Both the position numbers and the translations under genes were made by a program. The notes below the pieces were generated by a model, which was not told where the DNA came from, searched no databases, and worked only from the letters and a program-made list of their open reading frames with translations. From Candidatus Omnitrophota bacterium (GTDB lineage Bacteria > Omnitrophota > Gorgyraeia > Duberdicusellales > 4484-171), in NCBI GenBank assembly GCA_020352775.1, contig CP070684.1, positions 660,469-724,468 of the forward strand: 64,000 nt of DNA. Reading direction: 5' to 3'. Of the stretch, positions 1 to 9,937 are shown one piece after another; within the stretch, counting starts at the first letter, position 1, and every line of letters begins with the position of its first letter.

Positions 1-9
1 CTCTACGCT

Positions 10-315
10 TTACCAGTTACCGAACACAAATTCTGGCTCCATTAAGGGCTCGCTGTCTGCAGGAAATGTCACTGTATCGTATAAGCCAGAAAGTAACCGT
101 AATGCAATAAATACCGCTCCTTTGATGGGGCCGTATATTGCAGCTACAAGAGGGTCGTGCGTCTCAGCAGTCACATATATTTGTGCAGGAAGCTCTATCC
201 AGGATGTGGCTATATTTGATAAACCACGGCCTAATTTAGCACCCGCCCCCTCTTGAGCATGAGCAGTAATACTAATTCCTAAAATAAGGACTAGCAAAAT
301 AGCAATACTTTTCAT
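10..315 (-). CDS. small secreted protein, TIGR04073-like (exosortase-system-associated family)
   Basis: ORF 10..372. The internal ATG at 315 has GGAGGA 5 nt upstream (tcctcc 321-326 on +). Signal peptide MKSIAILLVLILGISITAHA. Motif KLGRGLSNIATSWIELP recalls this family. Confidence 0.6.
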   Translation of the reverse strand: MKSIAILLVLILGISITAHAQEGAGAKLGRGLSNIATSWIELPAQIYVTAETHDPLVAAIYGPIKGAVFIALRLLSGLYDTVTFPADSEPLMEPEFVFGNW

Positions 316-533
316 CTCTTTCCTCCTTTCATTTATAGATAAGATATAACACAAGCTAATAATGTTTTTCAAGGAATACTAAGGTATTTTTTAAGACTTA
401 ACCGTCTATATGGTGGTTCTTATCCGGTAGGCGCTATATATAGGTATATATAATAAGGGTTGTTTATGAAATTTCCCGTTGCTTTGCTCCAGGGAATCGA
501 AATGTAAACCCCGTGCAATAACGCTTGCGCTGG

Positions 534-1460
534 TCAGCCCAACCACTTTCTCAACAAATGCCCTAGAGGCATTCTTAGGAAGCCCCATAAATGTGAAAAA
601 AACAAATTCCAAAAGTAGCCATACTGAGGATATTTTCTACACAATAACATGTCTGCTAAACCATAAAACCTAAAACGCCTATTTGTGCCGGGGTCTGTTG
701 TAATAATCTGTGCGGGTTTGGGCAACCAATGCCCAATGACTGTATTATCTTTAAAAAACTTGGCTTGGATAAATAGCCCCAGGAGCCTATCAGACGTCCA
801 GAACGGAATCCATTTCACCGGCCCTATAAGCTGCATCGTTTTCATCAAATCTTGAAGAGCTTGCTGCACAAAGTCATTTCTCCACACCTTTTGGTAAAAA
901 TTCTCTATATGCCAGCCATGTTGATCTCTTCTTTTAAAAAATCGCCAGATAGCACTTCTTATATCAAATTTATTTTTCAAAGGTGCGATGGGAACAGCTA
1001 ATATTGCATTCCCTTGTTCATACAAGGAAAGGTCGTCACCTCTTGTTAAAACTGGCATTTTGTGTATGTCAGGTAACTCTTTCCATTCTCTTTCATTTTC
1101 TAGATTTTCTTGAATCTGCGTTGCTTCCTTCTGCAGCCTAAGAACCCAGCTTTCGGGATATAATTTGAAATATTTTGCAGTTAAAGACATAATATCGGGA
1201 TGCATGTATTGGTCATCGTCAATACAAAGAACATATTCACCCGTTGCATTAAACAATCCGAGCAGGCGTTGTATTAATTCCCCTCTTAATGGGCATTTTA
1301 ATCTTTTTATTCGTGGATCATCAATAACGTTAATCGAAGAATCAGGCGGATAAACAAATATAAATTCAACAGGCCCTTTGACTGTCGTAAGACTGTTTAT
1401 CCAATTTTCAGAAGCAGTTCCTCTTAGTGGTACAACAATAGATAGCATATTCCCCTGCAT
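534..1460 (-). CDS. glycosyltransferase family 2-like protein
   Basis: 308 aa. N-terminal LSIVVPLRG followed by a CIDDDQ (DxD) motif, typical of GT-A/GT2 enzymes. GAGG lies 8 nt upstream of the ATG. Confidence 0.55.
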   Translation of the reverse strand: MQGNMLSIVVPLRGTASENWINSLTTVKGPVEFIFVYPPDSSINVIDDPRIKRLKCPLRGELIQRLLGLFNATGEYVLCIDDDQYMHPDIMSLTAKYFKLYPESWVLRLQKEATQIQENLENEREWKELPDIHKMPVLTRGDDLSLYEQGNAILAVPIAPLKNKFDIRSAIWRFFKRRDQHGWHIENFYQKVWRNDFVQQALQDLMKTMQLIGPVKWIPFWTSDRLLGLFIQAKFFKDNTVIGHWLPKPAQIITTDPGTNRRFRFYGLADMLLCRKYPQYGYFWNLFFSHLWGFLRMPLGHLLRKWLG

Positions 1461-1698
1461 AAATTACCTCACTCTTATTTACTTTTCTCTTTGCGTACCG
1501 TTTTTTTATTATAGCACTTTTAGTGAAATTTATAAATTTAATACAAATGATGTAAATGCAAAAATTAATAAAAATTATATTGGGATATTTTTGTGAAAGA
1601 GCAAAAAAAGAAAACTATTATACTCCAATTTGGCATATTCTTGGCTTTATTAAAATTCGGTATAATTACTGATAACGGGCCTTTCATATTCTTACCTG

Positions 1699-2502
1699 TT
1701 AAAAATGCAAAAATGGCGCTATTTTTCGTATTAACGAAAGTAAAGTTCTTTTTATCACCTCTGCGCCCTTATTGTAGCTTTTGCCTTGAAAATGCCCTGC
1801 CTTACCGCTAAAGAGGGGTTCGACTGGAAAGCGATTTATTATCTCTGATTCCGCCTTTGCCTCCTTCATGAGCCGATAAAGCTCTAATTCCAGATAAAAA
1901 CCCTTTTCCTTGTATTCTTCAAAAAACCTTTTTAAAAAAAGAGTATAGAATCTTTTACTGAACAAGAAGAATCTTGTGTCGCAATATGGGCCAGCAGATT
2001 TATTAATCCCAAATAATCTTAAAAAAATCCAATTATGCTCTTTTGCCTCGCAAGATAGATCGCAGCGCGCCGGCACTTTCTCTAACAAGCCAGTGATATT
2101 CAAAAGGCGGATTCTCCCCGTGAGCTTGGCAATATACGAGGCTTGCTTGCATAAAACAGACTTCTCCATGGCTTCCCTGATAATCTGTGCTTCACCATGA
2201 GACTTTCCATACTTTTTAGAAAACTCCCCGCAATCGAAAGAAATAAATTCAAACTTCTTATTATAGGGGTTCTCTCTCACCGCTTTTTTTATTTTATCAA
2301 GCGGCCAGCCTGAATTTTCAGCAAATACTATTCTTTTAATGTGTGGGTGGTTTTTAGCGTAGTAGATTAATGTATCTATATATTGCTGTTGGCGTTGTGC
2401 CGGATCCAAAAGTGTAACGTTTTTTCTTCGTATTTTGACATCAATAGCAGCAGTTAGCAATAAAGTCAAATCTCGCTCGATGTTTAACATATTTTTATTC
2501 AC
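1699..2502 (-). CDS. hypothetical protein in glycosyltransferase neighbourhood
   Basis: 267-aa uninterrupted ORF, same strand as the flanking GT-like genes. No motif recognised. Confidence 0.4.
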   Translation of the reverse strand: MNKNMLNIERDLTLLLTAAIDVKIRRKNVTLLDPAQRQQQYIDTLIYYAKNHPHIKRIVFAENSGWPLDKIKKAVRENPYNKKFEFISFDCGEFSKKYGKSHGEAQIIREAMEKSVLCKQASYIAKLTGRIRLLNITGLLEKVPARCDLSCEAKEHNWIFLRLFGINKSAGPYCDTRFFLFSKRFYTLFLKRFFEEYKEKGFYLELELYRLMKEAKAESEIINRFPVEPLFSGKAGHFQGKSYNKGAEVIKRTLLSLIRKIAPFLHF

Positions 2503-2637
2503 TTATGGTCTACATTGATACCCAACACATCTAAATATACCTTTGCTACACCCTCTGTTGTAAACTGCTCAATCCATTGCGGATCAATCTTTTTCAGGGA
2601 TATAAAAATAAATCGGGGGCAATTTCTGACCCATAGT

Positions 2638-3585
2638 CTAAATCCAATATTTCAATTGCAGATCATAATTACCAGCTTGTTCTTGGGGGTGGTGTCCCGA
2701 TTCAACATCTTCAATAATTTTTGGCAGTGCTTCGATGAATTTTACCCCATGATTGCAAGGATGAAGAGTCCAGCTCTTCGAAGAAATGATATCCGCACGA
2801 ATAAATCCTTTTCTTTTTATCCCCTCAGTAACCATTTTTTCCCAAGACTCTAAGCGACCAAGCCCTGTAAAATGATATATTTTTTCCATCAATACTCGTG
2901 GCACCCTATCCTTTATACTTCCTTGCTTTTTCGCCCATAAAATTTTTAATGGCAGTAGCTCTTCAAAGCGTTTACGATCTATAAGAAATGTTCGACTACT
3001 AAAACCTTTTAATCGATAGAAACCGCCTGAATCTTTTTCAGAAAAATATTTGCTTTCATATAAGTTATTTTCTTTACTTTGTGGGCCGGCTGACGGCCGC
3101 ACACATATAACTTCCGGATGTTCCCGCAATATCCTGATTCCTTCCTCTATCCAATTATATTCTCGACCCTGATAAAGCAACATGTCGCTATCAAAATGAA
3201 GAAAATAATCTCCTTTGGCTTCTTCAATACAAAAAATAGATCCCAACACAGGATATCCTTTCCAATTATGCGTCTGGCGTATTCGGCTTGTGCCAAAATG
3301 TTTGCGATAAGCTCTTTTGCGATAATCTTCTGGAAAATCAATATCGATAATTTTGTCCACTATGCCGTTAGACAGCAATTTATTGCAGCAATCACGTAAT
3401 TGCTTAGGCGTCCCAATATTTGGGCGGAATCTCTTTTCTTCCGATAATGGTTTGGTATCTATGGCCAATACGCATTCGGCAAAAGAAAAGTTGCACATTC
3501 GTACGAGATGCGGAATTGTCTGCATCATAAAAGAAACGTCTGTTTTTGCCGCTAAAAACCATAATGATACATCATTCTTAATCAT
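2638..3585 (-). CDS. glycosyltransferase-like protein (GT-A fold suspected)
   Basis: 315 aa. HFDSDMLLY resembles a DxD nucleotide-sugar/metal site. Co-directional with the other GT-like genes. Confidence 0.45.
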   Translation of the reverse strand: MIKNDVSLWFLAAKTDVSFMMQTIPHLVRMCNFSFAECVLAIDTKPLSEEKRFRPNIGTPKQLRDCCNKLLSNGIVDKIIDIDFPEDYRKRAYRKHFGTSRIRQTHNWKGYPVLGSIFCIEEAKGDYFLHFDSDMLLYQGREYNWIEEGIRILREHPEVICVRPSAGPQSKENNLYESKYFSEKDSGGFYRLKGFSSRTFLIDRKRFEELLPLKILWAKKQGSIKDRVPRVLMEKIYHFTGLGRLESWEKMVTEGIKRKGFIRADIISSKSWTLHPCNHGVKFIEALPKIIEDVESGHHPQEQAGNYDLQLKYWI

Positions 3586-3852
3586 AAATACCCTTCTTTT
3601 ATCGGGTTACTTTCTATATTAAACCTTAAAAATTTACCCTCTCATCATTGGAAGACTTGTATTTTTTTAAAGCCGCCTCAAATGTAAAAGCCACATGTAC
3701 TAATACGCTCAACGTCAACCAAAAGTGCTATGTAAAAACGGCTCCTTTTCATTTAAATCATATCACCGATTAGCACCTTTTGAAATCCAGAATAAGCTGA
3801 TTTTAGTGAGTTGATTTACGAATTGTTTTTAAATTAAGTGGGCCTTTTAAAA

Positions 3853-3931
3853 TGGCGGGGTCGATGGGATTTGAACCCACGATCACCTGATCGACAGTCA
3901 GGGGACTTAAACCGGGCTAATCGACGACCCC
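3853..3931 (-). tRNA. tRNA-Asp(GTC), CCA encoded
   Basis: The reverse complement folds as a cloverleaf: acceptor GGGGTCG/CGACCCC, anticodon stem CCTGA/TCAGG with loop CTGTCGA, T-loop GGGTTCAAATCCC, 3' GCCA. Confidence 0.9.
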
Positions 3932-4102
3932 GTTAAAAATTACAAATACTAGCGCACAAATGGCAAGCTCACCAAAGAACTAAAATTATACATAAATATG
4001 ATCTTTTTTCAATCTCTTTCTGGTTTGGGGAATCCCCTCAAAACATTTTAATTTATCAATCAGACGAATTACTACCGACGATATACGATTAAAATAAAGC
4101 CA

Positions 4103-4176
<74 letters not shown>

Positions 4177-4201
4177 AAATGCCTTGTCAACAAAGCAAAG
4201 A

Positions 4202-4286
4202 GTGCCGGGGGCGGGACTTGAACCCGCACGTTCCTTACGGAACAACAGATTTTAAGTCTGTGTTGTCTGCCATTCCAACACCCCGG
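4202..4286 (-). tRNA. tRNA-Leu(TAA), long variable arm
   Basis: Reverse complement is GCCGGGGTGTTGGAATGGCAGACA..., with anticodon loop CTTAAAA, an extended variable arm and T-arm GCGGGTTCAAGTCCCGC. Confidence 0.9.
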
Positions 4287-4319
4287 CTGGATGATAGGCT
4301 GCAGGAATTATTATTTCTT

Positions 4320-4394
4320 TGGAGGCGTGGGCCGGATTTGAACCGGCGCATAGCGATTTTGCAGACCGCTGCCTTACCACTTGGCTACCACGCC
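4320..4394 (-). tRNA. tRNA-Cys(GCA), CCA encoded
   Basis: Reverse complement is GGCGTGGTAGCCAAGTGGTAAGGCAGCGGTCTGCAAAATCGC..., with anticodon loop CTGCAAA and T-arm CCGGTTCAAATCCGG. Confidence 0.9.
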
Positions 4395-4429
4395 GAGTTA
4401 GCTTTAGCAATAAAAATCAAAGAACAAAA

Positions 4430-4630
4430 CTATTCTTTCTCTTTCACTTTCCCTTCTGCGATTTCGCGTATTGCATTTTGCAAGGCCTTCTCCCCTGGTT
4501 TTTCAACCAAAGGCTTTTCTCCATCAGCTAAAGTAAGGGCGCGTTTTGCGACTAAAACCGTGAGTTTATAAATTGAACCGCTGGTGGCATCCAAAAGCTT
4601 CTCTAAAGGGATGTTTTTATCTTCCATCAT
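4430..4630 (-). CDS. rpoZ: DNA-directed RNA polymerase subunit omega
   Basis: 66 aa. SIYKLTVLVAKRALTL is a typical RpoZ core. Sits directly downstream of gmk, the conserved gmk-rpoZ pair. Confidence 0.8.
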   Translation of the reverse strand: MMEDKNIPLEKLLDATSGSIYKLTVLVAKRALTLADGEKPLVEKPGEKALQNAIREIAEGKVKEKE

Positions 4631-5208
4631 TCCCTCCGGAATTTTTCAGCTAAAAGTATTGCTTCTAAAACATTTAAAGAGGTGCTCAGGTCCTGATTTA
4701 TAATTACATAATCATAATATCGCGAAGATTGCAACTCTTTTTTTGATAATTTTATCCTTTTTTTAATCATTTCTGCAGCCTCGATTCTCTTTTTTAGGCG
4801 GGCCTGGAGCTCTTTTTCAGTAGGAGCGGATATAAAAATCGTTATAGTACGGGCCTGTTTAAAATTCTTCTTTAAATACATCCCCCCTTTCACGTCAATG
4901 CAGAGAATTAAATCCTTTTTCTCTCTTTTGGCTACGGCAAAGAAATATTTGGGGGTTCCGTAGTAATCCGAAAGTACCTTTTCGTTTTCCAAAAAAAAGT
5001 TTTTTTTCTTTAGTTTTAAAAACTCTTCTTTGCTTACGAAAAAATAATCTCTTCCTCCTCTTTCCCCAGGACGAATCCGGCGGGTAGTAAAAGAAATGCC
5101 TTTTACAAATGCTCTTCGGATGGGTTTTTTTCGAAATAGTTTATCTACTAATGTAGTCTTTCCTGCTCCTCCGGGACCAGAGAAGATAAAAATAGTGGGT
5201 TTTTTCAT
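4627..5208 (-). CDS. gmk: guanylate kinase
   Basis: P-loop SGPGGAGKTTL, then TTRRIRPGERGGRDYFFVSKEEF, the Gmk signature region. Confidence 0.9.
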   Translation of the reverse strand: MKKPTIFIFSGPGGAGKTTLVDKLFRKKPIRRAFVKGISFTTRRIRPGERGGRDYFFVSKEEFLKLKKKNFFLENEKVLSDYYGTPKYFFAVAKREKKDLILCIDVKGGMYLKKNFKQARTITIFISAPTEKELQARLKKRIEAAEMIKKRIKLSKKELQSSRYYDYVIINQDLSTSLNVLEAILLAEKFRRE

Positions 5209-5999
5209 TACTCGATATTCTGTGCCTGCTCTCTGATTCTTTCTAAGTAGGTCTTTGATTCAACAATCAATGAAGATACAATTTTACGCTTTGTTTTACT
5301 GGAAGCTGAATTTAATTCCCTTAAAATCTCCTGAGTCAGAAAATCCATGGCTTTTCCTTTTGGTTCTGCTTTGGAAGAACTGATTTTGCTTTCCAGCTTA
5401 TTGATATAAAAAGAAATAAGAGAAACTTCTTCGTCAATATCCTCTTTGTTGTTATTTTCTGTTTTTTGCGGAGGCGGTTTATGTTTTTTTACCTGGCCAA
5501 TGTTTCCTTTTAGCCGCTTTAAATTTTTAAGCATCTCATTTTTAATTACTTTCCCTTCTTTCTTTTTGAACTCTTCTAGCCTATTCAATCCGTCTTTAAG
5601 TGCGGCAAGAACAATAGTCTCATAGCCCCCCTTCTCCTCTTCACCCCAAACCACATGAGGAAGCTGTAAAACCTGAGCGAGGTTCATCTGCGAGGTTAGA
5701 TTATATTTTTTACTCAACCGTTTAAGTTGTGAAACGTATTTATCAAGAACTTTTTCTTCAATGTGAATCTGGCCTTGAGCAGGCCTTTTTAAGAAGACGT
5801 GCACTTCGATCTTTCCTCGCGGGATCCTTTTTTTTACTTCTCGTTTTATCTTCTCCTCTAGAAGAACATTTTCTGCACCAAGATTATGTATTGAGATATC
5901 GAGATATTTAAAATTAAGTGAGCGCAGTACCAGCTGAATCGCCTGCGCATCTTTTCGTTTATATATCGAGGCGTAAGCAGTCATCGACTTCATCGCCAT
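5208..5999 (-). CDS. yicC: YicC-family stress-induced protein (TIGR00255-like)
   Basis: N-terminal MKSMTAYA and C-terminal EILRELNSASSK resemble YicC_N and DUF1732 motifs. Conserved yicC-gmk-rpoZ order. Confidence 0.8.
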   Translation of the reverse strand: MAMKSMTAYASIYKRKDAQAIQLVLRSLNFKYLDISIHNLGAENVLLEEKIKREVKKRIPRGKIEVHVFLKRPAQGQIHIEEKVLDKYVSQLKRLSKKYNLTSQMNLAQVLQLPHVVWGEEEKGGYETIVLAALKDGLNRLEEFKKKEGKVIKNEMLKNLKRLKGNIGQVKKHKPPPQKTENNNKEDIDEEVSLISFYINKLESKISSSKAEPKGKAMDFLTQEILRELNSASSKTKRKIVSSLIVESKTYLERIREQAQNIE

Positions 6000-6496
6000 A
6001 TCCTTTTTTTGCCTTCCTTTACAACGGTCTCTTTTGCAGGATAAAGATCATATGCTATTTCATCAGGTTCAAACCACAGCTTTATCTCTCGTTCGGCTTC
6101 GGAAAGGTCGCTTGAAGCATGAATTACATTTTCAAATAGCCCGCTGGTAAGAATCCGGCCATAAGCGCCGCGTATACTTATTGGCTCGGCCTCCTCGGGA
6201 TTAGTTGCTCCTGCAATTTGTCTTACTTTATCGATTGCATTAGGCCCCCAGTAAATCAATAACATTACTCTATTTTCACCATGCTTTTTTCCTGTAATAT
6301 AATCAATGAGTTCGAGATAAAAAGGCTTGCCTTTAAGGTGTGCATAATGTTTGTGTGCCAGATCTATTTCTACTTTCATTATTTTCGCACCGATAATCTT
6401 TAGCTTTGTTTCTGAAAGCCGGCTTAAAATATTCCCGGTCAGGGATTTTTTAAGTCCGTCTGGTTTGATAATTACTAAAGTTGCCTCGTTTTTCAT
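5990..6496 (-). CDS. ndk: nucleoside-diphosphate kinase
   Basis: TLVIIKPDG at the N-terminus. NVIHASSD contains the catalytic His. Has a C-terminal extension of about 20 aa. Confidence 0.85.
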   Translation of the reverse strand: MKNEATLVIIKPDGLKKSLTGNILSRLSETKLKIIGAKIMKVEIDLAHKHYAHLKGKPFYLELIDYITGKKHGENRVMLLIYWGPNAIDKVRQIAGATNPEEAEPISIRGAYGRILTSGLFENVIHASSDLSEAEREIKLWFEPDEIAYDLYPAKETVVKEGKKRIWR

Positions 6497-7323
6497 TTCA
6501 GTCTCCTCAGGATACGGTCGAGGTCTTCCAAATTATAATATTCGATTAAGATTCTACCACGATTATTTCTTTTATTAAATACTCTGACTTTTGTGCCCAA
6601 GAGCTTTTGGAGCTTCTCCTCCACTTCCATTACAAACGGGTCAGCCTGACGTTTTTTATGCGAGGCTTTCTTTGCTCTTTTTTCTATCTCTCTTACCGAA
6701 AGTCCTTCACTTAAAATCTGATGAAATAACTTCTCTTGGTCTCTTCTGTTTTCAATCGCAAGAATAGTTCGGGCCTGAGTGCGTGTGAGTATTCCCTTCT
6801 CAAGAGCCTCTTTAATACTATCGGGCAGCTTAAGCAGCCGCAGGGTGTTTGCAATAGTGGTTTTGTCTTTTCCCAAAAATGTGGCGAGGTCATCTAAACT
6901 AAACTCAAAATCATCCATTAAGCGTTTAAATGCCAAGGCTTCTTCTATGGGATTTAAGTCCGTTCGCTGCAAATTTTCTACAATCGCGCATACCAAAACC
7001 TCTTTTTCGTCTAGCTCCCTAATAATTGTTGGTATCTCCTTGAGCCCCAATGACTTAGCAGCATTAAACCTTCGGCTTCCCGCAACGATTTCAAACTCCT
7101 CATCGTTGATTTTGCGCACCACAATAGGTTGGATAATCCCCCGTTCTTTAATGGATTGTGAAAGCTCATTGAGCTCTTTTTCATCAATGTTATGCCGAGG
7201 TTGATATCTACTTTCCTTTATTCTATGAAGTGGTAGGCGCGCAAAATCTTTTTGGGACGTCAGCGGGATTTCTCGTTTCGGAATGAGTGCATCTAATCCT
7301 TTCCCCAACACTTTTTTCCCCAT
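6493..7323 (-). CDS. parB: chromosome partitioning protein ParB
   Basis: GKGLDALIP N-terminus. IQPIVVRK...EIVAGSRRFNAAK matches the ParB box. A helix-turn-helix region follows. Confidence 0.9.
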   Translation of the reverse strand: MGKKVLGKGLDALIPKREIPLTSQKDFARLPLHRIKESRYQPRHNIDEKELNELSQSIKERGIIQPIVVRKINDEEFEIVAGSRRFNAAKSLGLKEIPTIIRELDEKEVLVCAIVENLQRTDLNPIEEALAFKRLMDDFEFSLDDLATFLGKDKTTIANTLRLLKLPDSIKEALEKGILTRTQARTILAIENRRDQEKLFHQILSEGLSVREIEKRAKKASHKKRQADPFVMEVEEKLQKLLGTKVRVFNKRNNRGRILIEYYNLEDLDRILRRLK

Positions 7324-7324
7324 T

Positions 7325-8116
7325 TTAAATTTCCTCCTTTGCCAATACCTCTGGCTCTATTTTTTCTTTTATAATTTCTTCGGCTAGATTAAGATATGCT
7401 TTTGCACCCACACATATTGGATCATAAAAATAGATGGGTTGCCCAAAGCTTGGCGCCTCTGCAATTCTGATGTTACGAGGAATAATAGTATTGAATGTTT
7501 TTTCTTTAAAAAAGTTTCGTACTTCCTCTATTACCTGCAAAGAGAGTCTGGTACGAAAATCTGCCATCATTAGAAGTACTCCTTCGATATTTAAATAGGG
7601 ATTCAATCGTTCCTTAATTATTTTTACAGTATGCATTAATTTAGAAACTCCTTCTAATGCATAATATTTACATTGAATTGGAATAATTAAACTATCTGCT
7701 GCGGCAAGAACATTGACCGTTAAAAGCCCCAAAGATGGTGGCGCATCAATGATTATATAGGTGAAATCTTCACGAATTTTATCTAATGCTGCTTTGAGTC
7801 GCAATTCTCGATTTTCGCTTTGGACCAGCTCTACTTCTCCGCCAGTAAGCGAAATGTGTGCAGGAAGAATGGAAAGCTCTGGCCATTTGGTAGGATAAAT
7901 GCTTTCTTTTATATCAGCGTATCCAGTAATAACATCATAAATGGAATTCTTGCCTTCCCCCTCTATCCCCGTACCAGAAGTAGCATTACCCTGAGGATCC
8001 ATATCTATAAGGAGGGTTTTTTTGTTGGCTAAACCTAGATAAGAACTTATATTAATGGCAGTAGTAGTCTTCCCTGTACCCCCCTTCTGGTTACAAACTC
8101 CGATAATACGTCCCAT
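7325..8116 (-). CDS. parA: chromosome partitioning ATPase ParA/Soj
   Basis: Deviant Walker A NQKGGTGKTTT. DMDPQGNAT motif. Confidence 0.9.
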   Translation of the reverse strand: MGRIIGVCNQKGGTGKTTTAINISSYLGLANKKTLLIDMDPQGNATSGTGIEGEGKNSIYDVITGYADIKESIYPTKWPELSILPAHISLTGGEVELVQSENRELRLKAALDKIREDFTYIIIDAPPSLGLLTVNVLAAADSLIIPIQCKYYALEGVSKLMHTVKIIKERLNPYLNIEGVLLMMADFRTRLSLQVIEEVRNFFKEKTFNTIIPRNIRIAEAPSFGQPIYFYDPICVGAKAYLNLAEEIIKEKIEPEVLAKEEI

Positions 8117-8138
8117 AATTTATATTGTGGCTTGTAAG

Positions 8139-8154
8139 GTTTTCACGTGAAAAC
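8139..8154. promoter_or_regulatory. parS-like site (perfect 16-bp palindrome GTTTTCACGTGAAAAC)
   Basis: Read directly from the sequence. The core TTCACGTGAA is shared with canonical parS TGTTNCACGTGAAACA. Lies 23 bp upstream of parA. Confidence 0.6.
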
Positions 8155-8369
8155 ATTCTATGCGAAACATAGCTGCGCACAACGCATTAATATCTCCGAT
8201 ATTACTACTATTAAGCAAATGGCGAGGATATAAAGCTAACTCTTGTAATTTTATAATACCCTCCGGATCACAAAGCTGAAAACACTATCAAATCTATTTT
8301 TGTATCTACAAATATTTTAATCGCGCCTGCGCGGGATTGCAAGGAAATTTTATTTCAAATGTTTTCTGC

Positions 8370-8385
8370 GTTTTCACGTGGAAAC
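8370..8385. promoter_or_regulatory. parS-like site GTTTTCACGTGGAAAC
   Basis: Second copy, one mismatch from the palindrome. Confidence 0.55.
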
Positions 8386-8485
8386 GCGATCCAGCTCTCG
8401 TGGTTTTCCCATCTCTATGTACATCGTGCAATTATAAAAGACCGTTAATGTTCCGTATTGATGTACTCATTTTGTTTAACGAGAT

Positions 8486-8501
8486 GTTTTCACGTGGAAA
8501 C
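8486..8501. promoter_or_regulatory. parS-like site GTTTTCACGTGGAAAC
   Basis: Third copy, identical to the second. Lies just downstream of the yidC stop. Confidence 0.55.
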
Positions 8502-8506
8502 GATAT

Positions 8507-9925
8507 TTATGCCCGCGAAATGCGGTATTGATACATTAGCATAAAAAGGTTTTGGACAAGCCAGTAAAGCACAATTGCTGAAGGAAAATTATAAAAAATA
8601 ACTCCAATAAAAAGAGCAAAAAACAGCCCCATTGATTTCTGTTGTGAAGACGCCGAAGAAACGCTTATTTTCTGTTGAGTAACGCCCAAGATCATAATAA
8701 GAATCGGCAATATATTAATATAGTTTTTAATCAATGGTAAACTAAAAGGAAGCATAAAAGCTCTGTCTGGTAAAGTCAGATCTTTAATCCATAAGAAATG
8801 GGCACCCTTTAATTCCACAAATCGCAATAGGACTTGATAGAGAGCAATAAATATCGGAAACTGGAAAAAGAGGGGAAGGCATCCCCCTAAAGGATTAACT
8901 TTATATTTCTTATATAGCTCCATTATTTCTTTGTTAAGTTTTTGGGGGTTATCTTTATGCTTTTTCTTTAATTCCTCAACCTCAGGCTGGAGTTGCTGCA
9001 TTTTCTTCATTGCTTGGGTGCTTTTCCTGCTAAAAGGAAAGAGGAGACCATAAATACCCATTGACAGTAGAATAATTCCGAATCCCCAGTTTCTTGTAAT
9101 TAAGTAAAAGAACGTGAGGAGTTTGCCCATCACTACTCCAATACCATGGAAAAACCCGTAATAAATAATCTCCTGAAGATTATACGCTGCTAATTCTTTT
9201 TTGATTTGGGGTCCGACATAGATAGAAATCTGTGAACCAGGAGAATCTATAGCTAATAATATTTCGTTCGCATCTTTTATCCAGCGAATATCATATGAGT
9301 GGGGGAGGAGTGAAGCACAATAATATCTGTCTCGAGCGCCGGCAAATTTAACGTTTGCCAAAGTCTGTGGTTTGACTTTTTTGAATCCTGCTCGCTGCAA
9401 AAGATCTTTTTGCTTGTAGAAAAACTCCTGGTATCTCTGATCTAACATGCTGGGCGCCAATGGGTTAGAAAATATTACCATTTCGCCCGGCGGAGACAAA
9501 GAGGAGGAGTAGTTTATAGTAATAATGGGCCCCGCAAAAAGAAATTCTTTTTTTACTCCTGAGGAGGTAAATTCCAGTGCGTTCTCGCTGGTCATTACGT
9601 TAAACTTTTTGTCTTTTTCCGCCGGTGTAAATCCGATATTTTTAAATATCATCTCCTCATCATACCTTCGTATTTTAAGACTCCGTATATAACCACCTCT
9701 GGGAGAGTATGTTACGACGAAATTGTCCATTTTTATTTCTGCGAGCTCGAGCTTTTCTTCGGCTTTCTCGATTTCAGAAATCCTTGGTTCTTTTTTGAGA
9801 GGCTCTTCAATTAGAACCTGTTCGATCTTAGGCTGCTGCTGAGGAGCATATTTTGAGAGAAAAAAAGAATAGCCAAGAAAAAATAAAAATGTGATGGCAA
9901 GGGCAAGAAATAGTCGTTTCTCCAT
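8507..9925 (-). CDS. yidC: membrane protein insertase YidC
   Basis: 472 aa. N-terminal TM segment plus a periplasmic domain. C-terminal 60-kDa insertase core with KYKVNPLGGCLPLFFQFPIFIALY. Confidence 0.9.
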   Translation of the reverse strand: MEKRLFLALAITFLFFLGYSFFLSKYAPQQQPKIEQVLIEEPLKKEPRISEIEKAEEKLELAEIKMDNFVVTYSPRGGYIRSLKIRRYDEEMIFKNIGFTPAEKDKKFNVMTSENALEFTSSGVKKEFLFAGPIITINYSSSLSPPGEMVIFSNPLAPSMLDQRYQEFFYKQKDLLQRAGFKKVKPQTLANVKFAGARDRYYCASLLPHSYDIRWIKDANEILLAIDSPGSQISIYVGPQIKKELAAYNLQEIIYYGFFHGIGVVMGKLLTFFYLITRNWGFGIILLSMGIYGLLFPFSRKSTQAMKKMQQLQPEVEELKKKHKDNPQKLNKEIMELYKKYKVNPLGGCLPLFFQFPIFIALYQVLLRFVELKGAHFLWIKDLTLPDRAFMLPFSLPLIKNYINILPILIMILGVTQQKISVSSASSQQKSMGLFFALFIGVIFYNFPSAIVLYWLVQNLFMLMYQYRISRA

Positions 9926-9937
9926 ATTAAGTTCCTG

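Noticed and set aside
4179-4571. Plus-strand ORFs of 130 aa and 70 aa.
   Set aside because: They run across tRNA-Leu and tRNA-Cys and the antisense of rpoZ. The tRNA cloverleaves explain this sequence.
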